A stretch of 64,000 bases of DNA from Mycobacterium sp. (GTDB lineage Bacteria > Actinomycetota > Actinomycetes > Mycobacteriales > Mycobacteriaceae): NCBI GenBank assembly GCA_040512325.1, contig JBEVFK010000097.1:21372-85371 (forward strand), in the 5' to 3' direction. A model generated the notes under the pieces. That model searched no databases and was not told where the DNA came from. It saw only the letters and a program-made list of their open reading frames with translations. Of the stretch, positions 1 through 10,401 are shown piece after piece (the stretch's first letter is position 1; the number at the start of each line of letters is the position of its first letter). A program made the translations under genes and the position numbers.

Positions 1-495
1 GCAGTGCAAAGCGAAGATGCGCGTCACCGAGGTCAGCACCCCGGCCTCGATGGCGTCGATCGCGCCGCCGGGCATCAGTTCTTCGGCGGCCTGGAAGACC
101 AGGCGTACCGACACGGGCAGGTCCGGCACCGAGTTCAGCGCCAGCGCGGTGCCCAGCAGGATCGCCGTGTGCGCGTCGTGCCCGCAGGCGTGGGCGACAC
201 CCGGGACCAGAGACGCGTAGGGCGCGCCGGTGCGCTCGGCCATGGGCAAGGCATCCATGTCGGCGCGCAGCGCGATCTTCGGGCGATGTTCGGGGCCGAT
301 GTCGCAGGTCAGCCCGGTGCCGCCGGGCAGGATTTTCGGGTTCAGCCCGGCGTCGGCGAGTTTTGCGGCGATGAACTGGGTGGTGCCGAACTCGTGGCGT
401 CCGAGCTCGGGGTGCTGGTGCAGATGGCGACGCCACCCGACGAGGTCGTCGTAGTGGGCGGCCAGCCAGGTCTCGGTGAAATCGGCCAAGCTCAT
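1..495 (-). CDS. amiA1: M20 family amidohydrolase (AmiA1/Rv3305c-like), 5' part; runs off the window start
   Basis: Manual translation from ATG 495: MSLADFTETWLAAHYDDLVGWRRHLHQHPELG...ALRADMDALP...HACGHDAH...VFQAAEE, which are M20D motifs. Not in the ORF track because it is truncated. Confidence 0.9.
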   Translation of the reverse strand, partial: MSLADFTETWLAAHYDDLVGWRRHLHQHPELGRHEFGTTQFIAAKLADAGLNPKILPGGTGLTCDIGPEHRPKIALRADMDALPMAERTGAPYASLVPGVAHACGHDAHTAILLGTALALNSVPDLPVSVRLVFQAAEELMPGGAIDAIEAGVLTSVTRIFALHC

Positions 496-575
496 GCGCG
501 ATCCACTCCCACGCTCGTACCTCGCGCACTCGCTGCGCCCCGGCAAGCAGGAGGTGCCCCCAGCTCGGTTCTCAT
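492..575 (-). repeat. MIRU-like intergenic element carrying a 27-codon mini-ORF coupled to both neighbours
   Basis: ATG AGA ACC...GCA TGA (MRTELGAPPACRGAASARGTSVGVDRA). ATGA overlaps with both the amiB1 stop and the amiA1 start. Contains GAGCTGGGGGCACCTCCTGCTTGCC, related to 19930-19955. Confidence 0.7.
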
Positions 576-1756
576 GACGCCACCCGTCGTTCGTGCAGTT
601 CCAGCACCCGGTCGCGCTCGGCGGCCGACTCGGCCAAAGCCACCACGGTCCGAGCCAGCATGATGGCCCCCTCCACGACAGCGTTGTCCCCACTGGGGCT
701 CACCGCCGCGGCCGCGAATCCCGGCTGGTGCACGCTGGCGCCGCCGGCATCAACTCCCACGATCGGGTGGATTCCGGGCATCCGTTGGGTCACGTTGCCC
801 ATATCGGTACTGCCCAGCGGCAGCGACGCCTCCAGCTCGGCGGGGATCGGGTTGCGGCCGAGACGGATCATCTCGGCGCGGAATGTCTCGGCCAGAAAAC
901 CATCGGGCGTCAGCTCCTGATACATCGGCGAAATCTCCCGTACGTCGTACTCACACCCGGTCGCTACCGCGCCGGCCAGGAAACACCCCGACACCTTGTC
1001 CTCCAGTTCGCGCAGCGACGACGATTCGCCGGCCCGCATGGTGTAGCGCAGCTGACTCCGGGCCGGAATCACGTTGGTGACCTGCCCGCCCTCGGTGACG
1101 ATGCCGTGCATCATCTGTCCGGGCATCAGCTGCTGGCGCAGCAGGCCGATCGCGACCTGGGCGACCGTCGCCGCGTCGGCGGCATTGATCCCGAGGTAGG
1201 GCGCGACGGCAGCGTGCGACTCCCGACCCAGATAGGTCACCGCCACTTCCGAGAGCGCCAGCGACCGGGCCGCGGCGATGTCGATCGGTCCGGGATGCAG
1301 CATCACCGTGGCGGCGATGTCGTCGAACACCCCCGCGTCCAGCAGCACCGCCTTGCCGCCGCCTGCCTCCTCGGCCGGGGTGCCCAGCAATACCACCGTC
1401 AACCCCAGGTCGTCGGCGACGTCGGCCAGAGCCAAGGCGGTACCGACCGCGGACGCGGCGATGATGTTGTGCCCGCAGGCATGTCCGATCTCCGGTAGCG
1501 CGTCGTACTCGGCGCACACGCCCACCACCAGCGGGCCGCTGCCGAACACGGCCCGAAAGGCGGTGTCGAGCCCGCCGGCCGGCGTCGTGATCTCGAAGCC
1601 CCGCTCGGCGACCAGCACCTGGGTCTTGGCGCAGCTGCGGTGCTCGTCGAACGCCAACTCGGGTTCGGCGTGGATCGCATGGGACAACGCCACCAAGTCG
1701 TCTCGGTGCCGCAGGACGACATCCTCGACGCTCAAGGACGCGGTGGCACTCGGCAT
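572..1756 (-). CDS. amiB1: M20 family amidohydrolase (AmiB1/Rv3306c-like)
   Basis: AEYDALP, GHACGHN, GTPAEEAGGGK and GSTDMGN motifs; start set at MPSATAS. Confidence 0.88.
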   Translation of the reverse strand: MPSATASLSVEDVVLRHRDDLVALSHAIHAEPELAFDEHRSCAKTQVLVAERGFEITTPAGGLDTAFRAVFGSGPLVVGVCAEYDALPEIGHACGHNIIAASAVGTALALADVADDLGLTVVLLGTPAEEAGGGKAVLLDAGVFDDIAATVMLHPGPIDIAAARSLALSEVAVTYLGRESHAAVAPYLGINAADAATVAQVAIGLLRQQLMPGQMMHGIVTEGGQVTNVIPARSQLRYTMRAGESSSLRELEDKVSGCFLAGAVATGCEYDVREISPMYQELTPDGFLAETFRAEMIRLGRNPIPAELEASLPLGSTDMGNVTQRMPGIHPIVGVDAGGASVHQPGFAAAAVSPSGDNAVVEGAIMLARTVVALAESAAERDRVLELHERRVAS

Positions 1757-1832
1757 CAGAGCAGTATCGCACCGACTCGGGCCCCCCATCTCCTGACGTC
1801 CGGTGGGCCAGTCCTGGCTAGGCTGGCAAAAC

Positions 1833-2627
1833 GTGACCGAACCCGCTGCCCGCGCCGCTGAGGCCGCCACTGCCATTGCCGAACGCACGGGCGTCGCCCG
1901 GCACGACATCGCGGTGGTGCTGGGGTCCGGGTGGGCGCCCGCGGTGGAGGCCCTGGGCGAGCCGACAGCCGTCCTGCCGATGGCTGCGCTGCCCGGCTTC
2001 ACACCGCCCACCGCAGCCGGACACGGCGGCCGGGTGCTGTCGATCCCCCTGGGTCAGCATCAGGTGCTGGTCCTGGTGGGCCGCATCCACGCCTATGAAG
2101 GCCACGACCTGGCCCATGTGGTGCATCCGGTGCGGACCGCGTGCGCCGCGGGTGCCGGGACGGTGGTGCTGACCAATGCCGCCGGTGGCCTCCGCAGCGA
2201 TTTTCAGGTCGGCCAGGCCGTCCTGATCAGTGACCATCTGAATCTGACCGCGCGCTCCCCGCTGGTCGGCGCGCAGTTCGTCGATCTCGTGGACGCGTAT
2301 TCGCCCGCCTTGCGCACTCTCGCCCGCGACATCGACCCGTCACTGGCCGAGGGTGTCTACGCCGGTCTGCCCGGCCCGCACTACGAGACGCCGGCGGAGA
2401 TCCGGATGCTGCGCACCCTGGGCGCCGATCTGGTCGGCATGTCGACCGTCCACGAGACCATCGCCGCCCGCGCCGAGGGCGCCCAGGTGCTGGCGGTGTC
2501 GCTGGTGACCAATCTGGCCGCCGGGATGACCGGGCAGCCCTTGAGCCACGCCGAGGTACTCGAAGCCGGCCGTCAGTCCGCCACGGCGATGGGATCTCTG
2601 CTGTCTTCGGTGATCTCCCGGCTGTGA
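1833..2627 (+). CDS. punA: purine-nucleoside phosphorylase (trimeric type)
   Basis: [29 protein letters not shown] and VGMSTVHE motifs; GTG 1833 lies 8 nt after TAGGCT. Confidence 0.95.
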   Translation: MTEPAARAAEAATAIAERTGVARHDIAVVLGSGWAPAVEALGEPTAVLPMAALPGFTPPTAAGHGGRVLSIPLGQHQVLVLVGRIHAYEGHDLAHVVHPVRTACAAGAGTVVLTNAAGGLRSDFQVGQAVLISDHLNLTARSPLVGAQFVDLVDAYSPALRTLARDIDPSLAEGVYAGLPGPHYETPAEIRMLRTLGADLVGMSTVHETIAARAEGAQVLAVSLVTNLAAGMTGQPLSHAEVLEAGRQSATAMGSLLSSVISRL

Positions 2628-3715
2628 TGTCTGCGCCCGTAGCGCTCGGTGAGCTTGACCAGGCCGCGCGCCATCAGCGGCGCGGCGAACAGCATCACCA
2701 GAATCCGTAACACCTGCGCGGTCACGATGAACGTGACGTCCGATCCGGTGTCGACGGCGGTGGCCAGCACGGCGTACACCCCGCCCGGGCTGGTCGCCAG
2801 GTATCCCTCCAGCGGCGTCATCCCGGTGACGTGGGACAGCAGGACTCCCAGGCCGGCAGTGGCCACCGTGAGCGCGGTGATCAAGCCGATCGCCAGCGGC
2901 AGCGCCCGCCCGATCGCGCGCATCGACTCACGGGTGAACGCGACGCCGGCCTGCCAGCCGATCAGCACGTAACCGATCTGAACCATGGCCTGGGGTACCG
3001 ACAGACCGAAGTCGTTGCCGGTGATCTCCAGCACCACCATGACGGCCATCGGGCCCAGCAACCCGGCGCCGGGCAACCGGATCAGCTTGCCCAGGGTCAC
3101 TCCGACCACCGCGATCACCAGGATCAGCGCCATGCTCAGATACCACGGCGCCACGTCGGTCTGGACGATCGGCGCCGACGGGTGCGAGAAGTCGGGCCGG
3201 AAGATGAAGAGCACCACCACCGGCATCGTCGCGGTGACCAGGCCCACCCGGAGGTACTGCACCACGGCGACCACCCGGTCATCGCCACCCAGTTCCCGCG
3301 CGATGGCCACCAGTCCGGAGGCCCCGCCGGCCACCAGGGCCAGCGAACCGGTGAGCGGGCTGATGTCGCGGCGCATCCCGAGTAGGGCGCCGGCCAGAAT
3401 GCTGAGGACGAGCGTGCCGACGACGACAGCGAGCACGATGGGCCAGTGCGGCCCGAGTGAGTCGATGGAATCTTCGTGCACCATCGTCCCGATGTAGACA
3501 CCGAGCACGGCCTGGGCGGCCTGCCCGGCGCGTCGAGGAACTTTGGTGGGCGCCAACGAGCACAGGGCAAGCACGATGCCCACGGCCAGCGCGGCGAACA
3601 GCGCCGCCGACGGGACACCCACCAGGGTGAGTCCGACGGAAACCGCGACGGTGACCAGGGCCAGCAGTGACCATCTGCCCACCGTCTGCCACATTTCCCG
3701 CCGCCTCTTCATCAT
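2573..3715 (-). CDS. AbrB-family (membrane, duplicated-domain) protein
   Basis: About 10 hydrophobic segments with the repeated motifs AGGASG...VQYLRV and SPGGVY...AQVLRI. Confidence 0.8.
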   Translation of the reverse strand: MMKRRREMWQTVGRWSLLALVTVAVSVGLTLVGVPSAALFAALAVGIVLALCSLAPTKVPRRAGQAAQAVLGVYIGTMVHEDSIDSLGPHWPIVLAVVVGTLVLSILAGALLGMRRDISPLTGSLALVAGGASGLVAIARELGGDDRVVAVVQYLRVGLVTATMPVVVLFIFRPDFSHPSAPIVQTDVAPWYLSMALILVIAVVGVTLGKLIRLPGAGLLGPMAVMVVLEITGNDFGLSVPQAMVQIGYVLIGWQAGVAFTRESMRAIGRALPLAIGLITALTVATAGLGVLLSHVTGMTPLEGYLATSPGGVYAVLATAVDTGSDVTFIVTAQVLRILVMLFAAPLMARGLVKLTERYGRRHHSREITEDSRDPIAVAD

Positions 3716-3780
3716 CAATGACAAGTATGCCCTTACTTTTATCTCGTTTCAATACGGTTCGATGTGCTTCTCATCTCGAG

Positions 3781-3804
3781 ATTACCAAGGTATACCTTGG
3801 TAAT
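3781..3804. promoter_or_regulatory. perfect 24-bp palindrome, probable MarR operator
   Basis: ATTACCAAGGTATACCTTGGTAAT lies between divergent genes and overlaps the MarR start codon. Confidence 0.75.
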
Positions 3805-4255
3805 GAGCAAGGACACAGCTTCAGCAACGGAGCTCCGCGAATCCGTCATGGCACTCGCCCGGCAAATGCGCAGGCACCGCCCCAACAGGGGCCTGACCCT
3901 CAGCCAGCTCGAATTGCTCGGCGAAGCCAGCCGATCCGGGGTGACCACCCCGGCCGAGATGGCCGCACGCCTGCAGGTGCGGGTGCAGTCGCTGACCGAC
4001 AGCATCAACGAACTCGAGACCCGCGACCTGATCTCGCGCCGCGCCGACGCTGCTGACCGCCGCCGTCAGCTCATCGAGATCACCGAAGACGGGCGACGGC
4101 TACTCGAAGGCGACCGAGCCGAGCGCGACGCGTGGCTGCAGGCGACCATGCGCGACAACCTGTCGGATCTGGAGTTCAACCTGCTGATGCTCGTGGCCCC
4201 GGTGCTGCGGAAACTGGCCGACAGTGAGGCACCACCGGCACAATCAGCGTCGTGA
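3803..4255 (+). CDS. MarR family regulator
   Basis: wHTH pattern LTLSQLELL...ISRRADAADRRRQLIEITEDG. Confidence 0.9.
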   Translation: MSKDTASATELRESVMALARQMRRHRPNRGLTLSQLELLGEASRSGVTTPAEMAARLQVRVQSLTDSINELETRDLISRRADAADRRRQLIEITEDGRRLLEGDRAERDAWLQATMRDNLSDLEFNLLMLVAPVLRKLADSEAPPAQSAS

Positions 4256-5739
4256 TCACCTTCGGCACGGCAGGGCTGCGCGGACCCATGTGCGACGGCG
4301 CCGACGGCATGAACGTCGCGACCGTGATGCGCGCGACCTGGGCGGTGGCCCAGGTCCTCACCGACCGATGCCTGGGCGGGTCCCTCGTGGTCGTCGGCCG
4401 CGATGCTCGGCACAATTCGGACGACTTCGCTCTGGCAACGGCGGAAGTCTTTGCCGCTTGCGGCTTTTCGGTGATGCTGCTGGCCGATCCCCTGCCCACC
4501 CCGGTGGTGGCGTTCGCCGTCCGCCGGCTGCGAGCGGCCGCGGGGGTGCAGATCACCGCCTCGCACAATCCGGCTGCGGACAACGGTTACAAGGTCTACT
4601 TCGACGGCGGCATGCAGATCATCTCGCCCACCGATCGCGAGATCGAAACGGCGATGCGCCGGGCCCCCGACGTCATCTCGCGCGAACCCGTCCAGCCCGT
4701 CGACACCGATATCGTCGAACGCTATCTCGACAGGGCTGCCGAGGTGCGCCGCGGTGGCGCCCCGGTGCGGGTGGCGCTGACCGCAATGCACGGCGTCGGC
4801 GGTGCGGTGGTGGTGGAGGCACTGCGCCGGGCTGCGGTCACCGATGTGCACACCGTGTCGTCTCAGTTCCGGCCGGATCCCGACTTTCCGACGGTGCCGT
4901 TCCCGAACCCCGAGGAACCCGGTGCCACCGACCAGCTGCTGGTGCTGGCCGCCGAGGTCGGTGCCGACGTGGCGATCGCGCTCGACCCCGACGCCGACCG
5001 GTGCGCCGTCGGGATTCCCACCGCCAACGGCTGGCGGATGCTCACCGGCGACGAAACCGGTTGGCTGCTGGGCGATTACATTCTTTCTCGGTCGGCACCG
5101 GAGCGGGCCGCGGTAGCCAGCACCGTGGTGTCCTCGCAGCTGCTGGCCGCCATCGCCGCCGCGCACGGCGCCCGCCATGTCGAGACGTTGACCGGGTTCA
5201 AATGGCTGGCCCGGGCCGATGCGGACCTACCGGGGCACACGTTGGTCTACGCCTATGAGGAGGCCATCGGCCACTGCGTGGATCCGGAATCGGTGCGCGA
5301 CAAGGACGGCATCAGTGCCGCAGTGCTGGTGTCGGATCTGGTGGGCGAGCTCAAGTCGCAGGGGCGTTCGGTGACAACAGCTCTGGATGAGCTGGCCGTC
5401 CAGCACGGTGTGCACCTGACTGCGGCGGTGACCGAGCGGGTCGACGATGCCACCGCCGTGATGGGCCGGTTGCGCGAACAGCCCCCGGCGCAGTTGGCGG
5501 GCGTCGCCGTCGACGTCACCGACCTGCTGGACCAGCGCGGCCGGCACCGCACCGACGCCCTGATCTTGACCGGCCAGTCGATCCGGGTGGCCATCCGCCC
5601 GTCCGGTACCGAGCCGAAGATCAAGGGCTACATCGAGATTGCACTTCCGGCGACCGCAGACCTGGTCGCGGCGCGGACTCAGGCCCACGAACTGCTCGAG
5701 GCCGTCGAAGCCGACGTCTCCCAGCTGCTTTCCCGGTGA
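4252..5739 (+). CDS. pmmB: alpha-D-phosphohexomutase family phospho-sugar mutase (PmmB/Rv3308-like)
   Basis: FGTAGLRG, ITASHNP, DPDADR, YEEAIG and RPSGTEPKIK motifs. Confidence 0.9.
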   Translation: MITFGTAGLRGPMCDGADGMNVATVMRATWAVAQVLTDRCLGGSLVVVGRDARHNSDDFALATAEVFAACGFSVMLLADPLPTPVVAFAVRRLRAAAGVQITASHNPAADNGYKVYFDGGMQIISPTDREIETAMRRAPDVISREPVQPVDTDIVERYLDRAAEVRRGGAPVRVALTAMHGVGGAVVVEALRRAAVTDVHTVSSQFRPDPDFPTVPFPNPEEPGATDQLLVLAAEVGADVAIALDPDADRCAVGIPTANGWRMLTGDETGWLLGDYILSRSAPERAAVASTVVSSQLLAAIAAAHGARHVETLTGFKWLARADADLPGHTLVYAYEEAIGHCVDPESVRDKDGISAAVLVSDLVGELKSQGRSVTTALDELAVQHGVHLTAAVTERVDDATAVMGRLREQPPAQLAGVAVDVTDLLDQRGRHRTDALILTGQSIRVAIRPSGTEPKIKGYIEIALPATADLVAARTQAHELLEAVEADVSQLLSR

Positions 5740-5741
5740 GG

Positions 5742-6287
5742 TCAGCAGCCCAGGAGCGCGGCTTTGGCCAGCGAGGAGTACTGGTAGGCGTAGGTGAACA
5801 TCCAGTTGAAGACGTTGTAGTCGTAGCGGCGGGGTACGGGCCGCATGGTCAGCTCGCCGTCGAAGCACTGCTCGAAGATGAAGCGCGACCGCACCACGTG
5901 CCAGTTCCAGGACACCACGATCAGGTGTTCCCAGCCGCGTTCGTGGGCCAGCCTCGCGGTGAACATCGCCTCACCCCTGGTGCTGAACGGGTCGGGGACG
6001 AAGCAGATCACCGTGAGCGTTGACGTCCCCGATGCGCAGGCCTGGTTGATCTCCCGGTCGTCCTCGCCGTAGGAGTCTGCGATCACCACGGTGTCGGCGT
6101 AACCCTCGTGGGCCAGGCCCAGGCCGTAGTCGATGCGGCCATCCATATCGCCGCCCAGCACGATGATGGCGTCGGCCTTGGTCAATTCGTCGGCCTGCGG
6201 CCGGTTGAACAGGAAATAGCCGCCGACGAGGAGACCCGCCGCGGCGACACACACCGCGACCAGCGCACAGATCAGGAGGCGGCGCAC
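5742..6287 (-). CDS. YdcF/DUF218 family protein
   Basis: N-terminal TM segment, DAIIVLGG, STRGEA, VVSWNWHVVRS. Confidence 0.8.
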   Translation of the reverse strand: MRRLLICALVAVCVAAAGLLVGGYFLFNRPQADELTKADAIIVLGGDMDGRIDYGLGLAHEGYADTVVIADSYGEDDREINQACASGTSTLTVICFVPDPFSTRGEAMFTARLAHERGWEHLIVVSWNWHVVRSRFIFEQCFDGELTMRPVPRRYDYNVFNWMFTYAYQYSSLAKAALLGC

Positions 6288-6291
6288 CGTC

Positions 6292-6915
6292 TCAGCGCGG
6301 ACCGAACTGACGGTCGCCCGCGTCGCCGAGCCCCGGCACGATGTAGGCCACGTCGTTGAGCCCCTCGTCGATGGTGGCGGTGAACAATCGGATTCCGGGT
6401 GCGGCTTCCTCCAGCGCGGCGATCCCCTCCGGAGCCACCACGACGCAGATGACCGTGATGTCGACCGCCCCGCGCGCCGTCAGCAGGCCCAGGGTGTGCG
6501 CCATCGAACCGCCGGTGGCGAGCATGGGATCCAACACCAGTACCGGCTGAGCACTCAGATCCTCGGGCAACGACTCCAGGTAGGGCGTCGGCTGGTGGGT
6601 CTCTTCGTTGCGGGCCACCCCGACGAAGCCGACTTTTGCCTCCGGGATCAGCGCATGGGCCTGGTCGACCATGCCGAGTCCGGCACGCAGCACCGGCACC
6701 AGTAGCGGCGGCGTCGCCAGCCGGTAGCCGGCCGTCTCCGCCAGCGGGGTACGGACGGTGATCTGCTCGCAGCGCACGTCACGGGTCGCTTCGTAGACGA
6801 GCATCAGGGTCAGGTCCCGCAACGCCGCGCGGAACCCGGCATTGTCGGTGCGCTCGTCACGCAGGGTGGTCAGCCGCGCGGCTGCCAGGGGGTGGTCGAC
6901 GACGTGCACATCCAT
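6292..6915 (-). CDS. upp: uracil phosphoribosyltransferase
   Basis: [41 protein letters not shown]. Confidence 0.97.
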   Translation of the reverse strand: MDVHVVDHPLAAARLTTLRDERTDNAGFRAALRDLTLMLVYEATRDVRCEQITVRTPLAETAGYRLATPPLLVPVLRAGLGMVDQAHALIPEAKVGFVGVARNEETHQPTPYLESLPEDLSAQPVLVLDPMLATGGSMAHTLGLLTARGAVDITVICVVVAPEGIAALEEAAPGIRLFTATIDEGLNDVAYIVPGLGDAGDRQFGPR

Positions 6916-7037
6916 AGGCAGGAACCCTAGATCCATCCCGGCGGGACCGCGTGTTCCTGGCCGACACGCGGGCACATCGGTGTGGTTTGCGCACGCTCGC
7001 GGCAGAGCGGTCAGGGCACGTCGTTATTCTGTGCCGC

Positions 7038-8318
7038 ATGGCTGCTGAGCTTGTGCCGATCCGCCTCGTTCTGACCGAGGGAGATTTCTATACCGTGTGG
7101 GCGCCGCGTTGGCGTGACGCCGGAGACGAGTGGGAGGCGTTCCTCGGCAAAGAGGAAGACCTGTACGGTTTCGCCAGCGCTGCCGACCTGGTGGCCTTTG
7201 TGCGGACGAACACCGACAACGACCTGGTCGATCATCCGGCCTGGGGGGCCCTGCTGGAGGCCTCGGCCCACAAGCTCGATCCCGCTGAGGCCCACCAGTT
7301 CGACCTCATCGCGGTCGAGGAGCTGGCCGCGGACAATCCCACCGAGGAATCGGTGCAGACCCTGGCCCGCACCATGGCGATCGTGTCGTCCATCGGGTCG
7401 GTGTGCGAGCTGCCCGCAGTGACGAAGTTCTTCAACGGCAACCCCTCTTTGAGCAGCGTCAACGGCGGTGTGGAGGAGTTCGCAGGCAAGGCCGGGCTCA
7501 AACGCTGGAACAACATCGCCGCGATCATCGGGCGCAACTGGGACGGCATCATCGCCGCCATCGACGACATCATCACCACCCCCGAGGTGGATGCGAAACT
7601 CTCGGAGAAGGCGGCCGCGGAACTGGCCGAGCCGGCGCCCGAAGAGCCCGACGCCGAGGTCATCGCCGTCGAGGATGAATTCGACGCCGACTCCGACGAC
7701 GCCGAATCCGACGACCCGGATGTCGAAGCTGACGAGGAGGTGCCCGTCCCCGCCGGTGTCCTGGGCGATGACGACGACTTCTGGACCAAGGTCGGTATCG
7801 ACCCGGTCCGGTTGATGACCAGTGGCGGCACCTTCTACACGCTGCGCTGCTACATGGAGGACCGTCCGCTGTTCCTGGGCCGGAACGGCCGGATCAGTGT
7901 GTTCTCCTCGGAGCGGGCGCTGGCCCGCTACCTCGCCGATGAACACGATCACGATCTGTCGGACCTGAGTACCTACGACGACATCCGCACCGCTGCCACC
8001 GACGGGTCCCTGGACGTCAGCGTGACCGATGAGAACATCTACGTGCTGGCGGGCCTGGCCGATGAGCTCGCCGAAGGTCCCGACGCCATCGATCGTGATC
8101 AGCTGGCATTGGCGGTGGAACTGCTGCAAGACGTCGGCGACTACTCCGAGGAAGACACGGTCGACAAGATCCTGGCTGCCGACACCGCGCTCGGGAAGTT
8201 CATCCAGTACGTGAGCGAGCCCGACGAGACGGCCCGGCCTGCGGCGCCCTACACGGCCGCGGTGACCGAGTTCGAGAAGCTGGAGCGATTCCTGGAGACG
8301 CGACTGCGCCGCGAGTGA
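7038..8318 (+). CDS. satS: Rv3311-like acidic protein (SatS, SecA2-pathway chaperone)
   Basis: MAAELVPIRL...YTVWAPRWR..GDEWEAFLG, an acidic linker, and position next to upp as for Rv3311. Confidence 0.8.
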   Translation: MAAELVPIRLVLTEGDFYTVWAPRWRDAGDEWEAFLGKEEDLYGFASAADLVAFVRTNTDNDLVDHPAWGALLEASAHKLDPAEAHQFDLIAVEELAADNPTEESVQTLARTMAIVSSIGSVCELPAVTKFFNGNPSLSSVNGGVEEFAGKAGLKRWNNIAAIIGRNWDGIIAAIDDIITTPEVDAKLSEKAAAELAEPAPEEPDAEVIAVEDEFDADSDDAESDDPDVEADEEVPVPAGVLGDDDDFWTKVGIDPVRLMTSGGTFYTLRCYMEDRPLFLGRNGRISVFSSERALARYLADEHDHDLSDLSTYDDIRTAATDGSLDVSVTDENIYVLAGLADELAEGPDAIDRDQLALAVELLQDVGDYSEEDTVDKILAADTALGKFIQYVSEPDETARPAAPYTAAVTEFEKLERFLETRLRRE

Positions 8319-8349
8319 GCTGGGGGTCTGCGCGAACCCAGCACTTCTG

Positions 8350-8411
8350 CGCGAACAAGCGCGTCGGTACGGCAACACGCCGTGGTGCGCGTACACAGCT
8401 GAGCGCTCGCG
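8350..8411 (+). repeat. REP-like imperfect palindrome, type A (degenerate)
   Basis: Core GTACGGCAACACGCCG matches the 15820-15835 core at 15/16; preceded by GAGCTGGGGG. Confidence 0.6.
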
Positions 8412-8472
8412 ATGAGTTCCGGGGGCGGGTGCGGTCGGAACGGATGACCGCATCCCCCACCCGGAGGGCTCC

Positions 8473-9300
8473 ATGACCATCACCGACGGCCTCGTTTCCC
8501 GCTCGCTCGACGTTCCCGGTGCACGACTGCACTACGAAGTGCGCGGCGACGGCCCGCTTCTGCTGGTGATCGGTTCCCCGATGACAGCCGCGGCGTTCAC
8601 CCCGGTGGCGCACGCGCTGGCCGGCGACCACACCGTCGTCACCTACGACCCCCGCGGGTTGGCCGGCAGCACGATCGACGACCCGGCCCAGGACGCCACG
8701 CCCGACCTGCGCGCCGACGACGTGGCTGCGATCATCGACGCACTCGGCACCGGACCCGCCGACGTCGTCGGCAGCAGCGGCGGGGCCGTCACCGGTCTGG
8801 CGCTCGTGGCCCGCCACCCCGGCAAGGTGGGCACGCTGATCGCGCACGAGCCGCCGCTGACCGAGCTCCTTCCGGAGGCCGAGCAACAGCGCGCGGCCAC
8901 AGCGGACATCATCGAGACATTCCATCGGGATGGTCCGGCGGCGGCGTGGCGGAAGTTCATGGCCAACGCCGGGTTCGTCGTCGACGATGAGTCGGGCCCG
9001 CCACCGGGACCCGAGCCCGGCGCCGCACAGCAGGCCAAGCAGTTCGCCGAAGACACCCGGTTCTTCGATCACGAGCTGCGGCTGACGGTCGGCTATCGCC
9101 CCGATGTCGAGGCGCTCCGCGCGGCCCGGGTGATCGTCGGCGTCGGTGTGGGCTCACGTCGTCTGCTGACCTGCAAGACCAGCCACGCCCTCGCTGAGCT
9201 GATCGGGGCGACACCGGTGGACTTCCCGGGCGATCACACCGGCTTCCTGAGCGCACCCGGCGCCTTCGCCGCGCGGATCCGCGAGGTCCTGGGTAACTGA
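8473..9300 (+). CDS. alpha/beta fold hydrolase
   Basis: YDPRG, GSSGG nucleophile elbow, C-terminal GDHTGF. Confidence 0.88.
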   Translation: MTITDGLVSRSLDVPGARLHYEVRGDGPLLLVIGSPMTAAAFTPVAHALAGDHTVVTYDPRGLAGSTIDDPAQDATPDLRADDVAAIIDALGTGPADVVGSSGGAVTGLALVARHPGKVGTLIAHEPPLTELLPEAEQQRAATADIIETFHRDGPAAAWRKFMANAGFVVDDESGPPPGPEPGAAQQAKQFAEDTRFFDHELRLTVGYRPDVEALRAARVIVGVGVGSRRLLTCKTSHALAELIGATPVDFPGDHTGFLSAPGAFAARIREVLGN

Positions 9301-9312
9301 CTCCGTGCCGAG

Positions 9313-10401
9313 TTATCCGATGAGGACCGCGAAGCGCGGCTTGATCACCTCGTCGATGATGGCCAGCCGCTGATTGAACGGCAGGAACGCCGACTTCATC
9401 GCGTTGATGGTGAACCGCTCCAGGTCACTCCACCCGTAGCCGAACGCCTCGACCAGCCGCAGCATCTCCTGGCTCATGGTGGTGTCGCTCATGAGCCGGT
9501 TGTCGGTGTTGACGGTGACCCGGAACCGCAGCCTGGCCAGCTCGGCGAACGGGTGCTCGGCGATGCTCTTGACGGCCCCGGTCTGTACGTTCGAACTCGG
9601 GCACAGCTCGAGCGGGATGCGCTTGTCGCGCACGATGCCCGCAACGCGGCCCAGCTGGGCACCGCCTTCGGGGAGCCCTTCGATATCGTCGACGATGCGT
9701 ACCCCGTGCCCCAGCCGGTCGGCGCCGCAGAACGCGATGGCTTCGTGGATGGACGGCAGCCCGAACGCTTCGCCCGCGTGAATGGTGAAGCGGCCGTTGT
9801 TGTTCCGCATGTACTCGAACGCATCCAGGTGCCGGGTGGGAGGGTAGCCGGCCTCGGCCCCGGCGATGTCGAAGCCGACCACGCCTTTGTCGCGGAAGCG
9901 GATCGCCAACTCGGCGATCTCCCGGGAGCGGGCGGCATGGCGCATGGCGGTCACCAGGCAGCGCACCGTGATCGTCCGGCCCGCCGCCGCGGCGGCCTTC
10001 TCACCGTCGGCGAATCCGGCCAATACGGCGTCGACGACGGCATCGAGGGACAGCCCGCGGTCGATGTGGAGTTCGGGGGCGAAGCGCACCTCGGCGTAGA
10101 CCACCGAATCCGCGGCCAGATCCTCGACACATTCGTACGCCACCCGGTGCAGCGCCTCCGGGGTTTGCATGACACCCACGGTGTGGGCGAACGGCTCGAG
10201 ATAGCGCACCAGCGAACCGCTGTGCGCGGCCGTCCGGAAGAACTCCGCGAGCCCGTCCACGTCGGATGCGGGCAGTTCGTCGTAGCCGATCTCGGCGGCC
10301 ATCTCCAGGACGGTCGACGGCCGCAGACCACCGTCGAGGTGGTCATGGAGCAGCGCCTTGGGGGCTTGCTGGATGTTCTCGAGCGTCAACGGTGTGGTCA
10401 T
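9313..10401 (-). CDS. add: adenosine deaminase
   Basis: [30 protein letters not shown]. Confidence 0.97.
   Translation of the reverse strand: MTTPLTLENIQQAPKALLHDHLDGGLRPSTVLEMAAEIGYDELPASDVDGLAEFFRTAAHSGSLVRYLEPFAHTVGVMQTPEALHRVAYECVEDLAADSVVYAEVRFAPELHIDRGLSLDAVVDAVLAGFADGEKAAAAAGRTITVRCLVTAMRHAARSREIAELAIRFRDKGVVGFDIAGAEAGYPPTRHLDAFEYMRNNNGRFTIHAGEAFGLPSIHEAIAFCGADRLGHGVRIVDDIEGLPEGGAQLGRVAGIVRDKRIPLELCPSSNVQTGAVKSIAEHPFAELARLRFRVTVNTDNRLMSDTTMSQEMLRLVEAFGYGWSDLERFTINAMKSAFLPFNQRLAIIDEVIKPRFAVLIG

Noticed and set aside
4-663. Long plus-strand ORF and the many other antisense or alternate-frame ORFs (e.g. 21672-23594, 42094-44313, 59886-61892)
   Set aside because: These are shadow ORFs typical of high-GC DNA; they overlap well-supported genes and have no recognisable motifs.
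7630-7780. Asp/Glu-rich low-complexity stretch
   Set aside because: This is the expected acidic linker of SatS, not a separate element.
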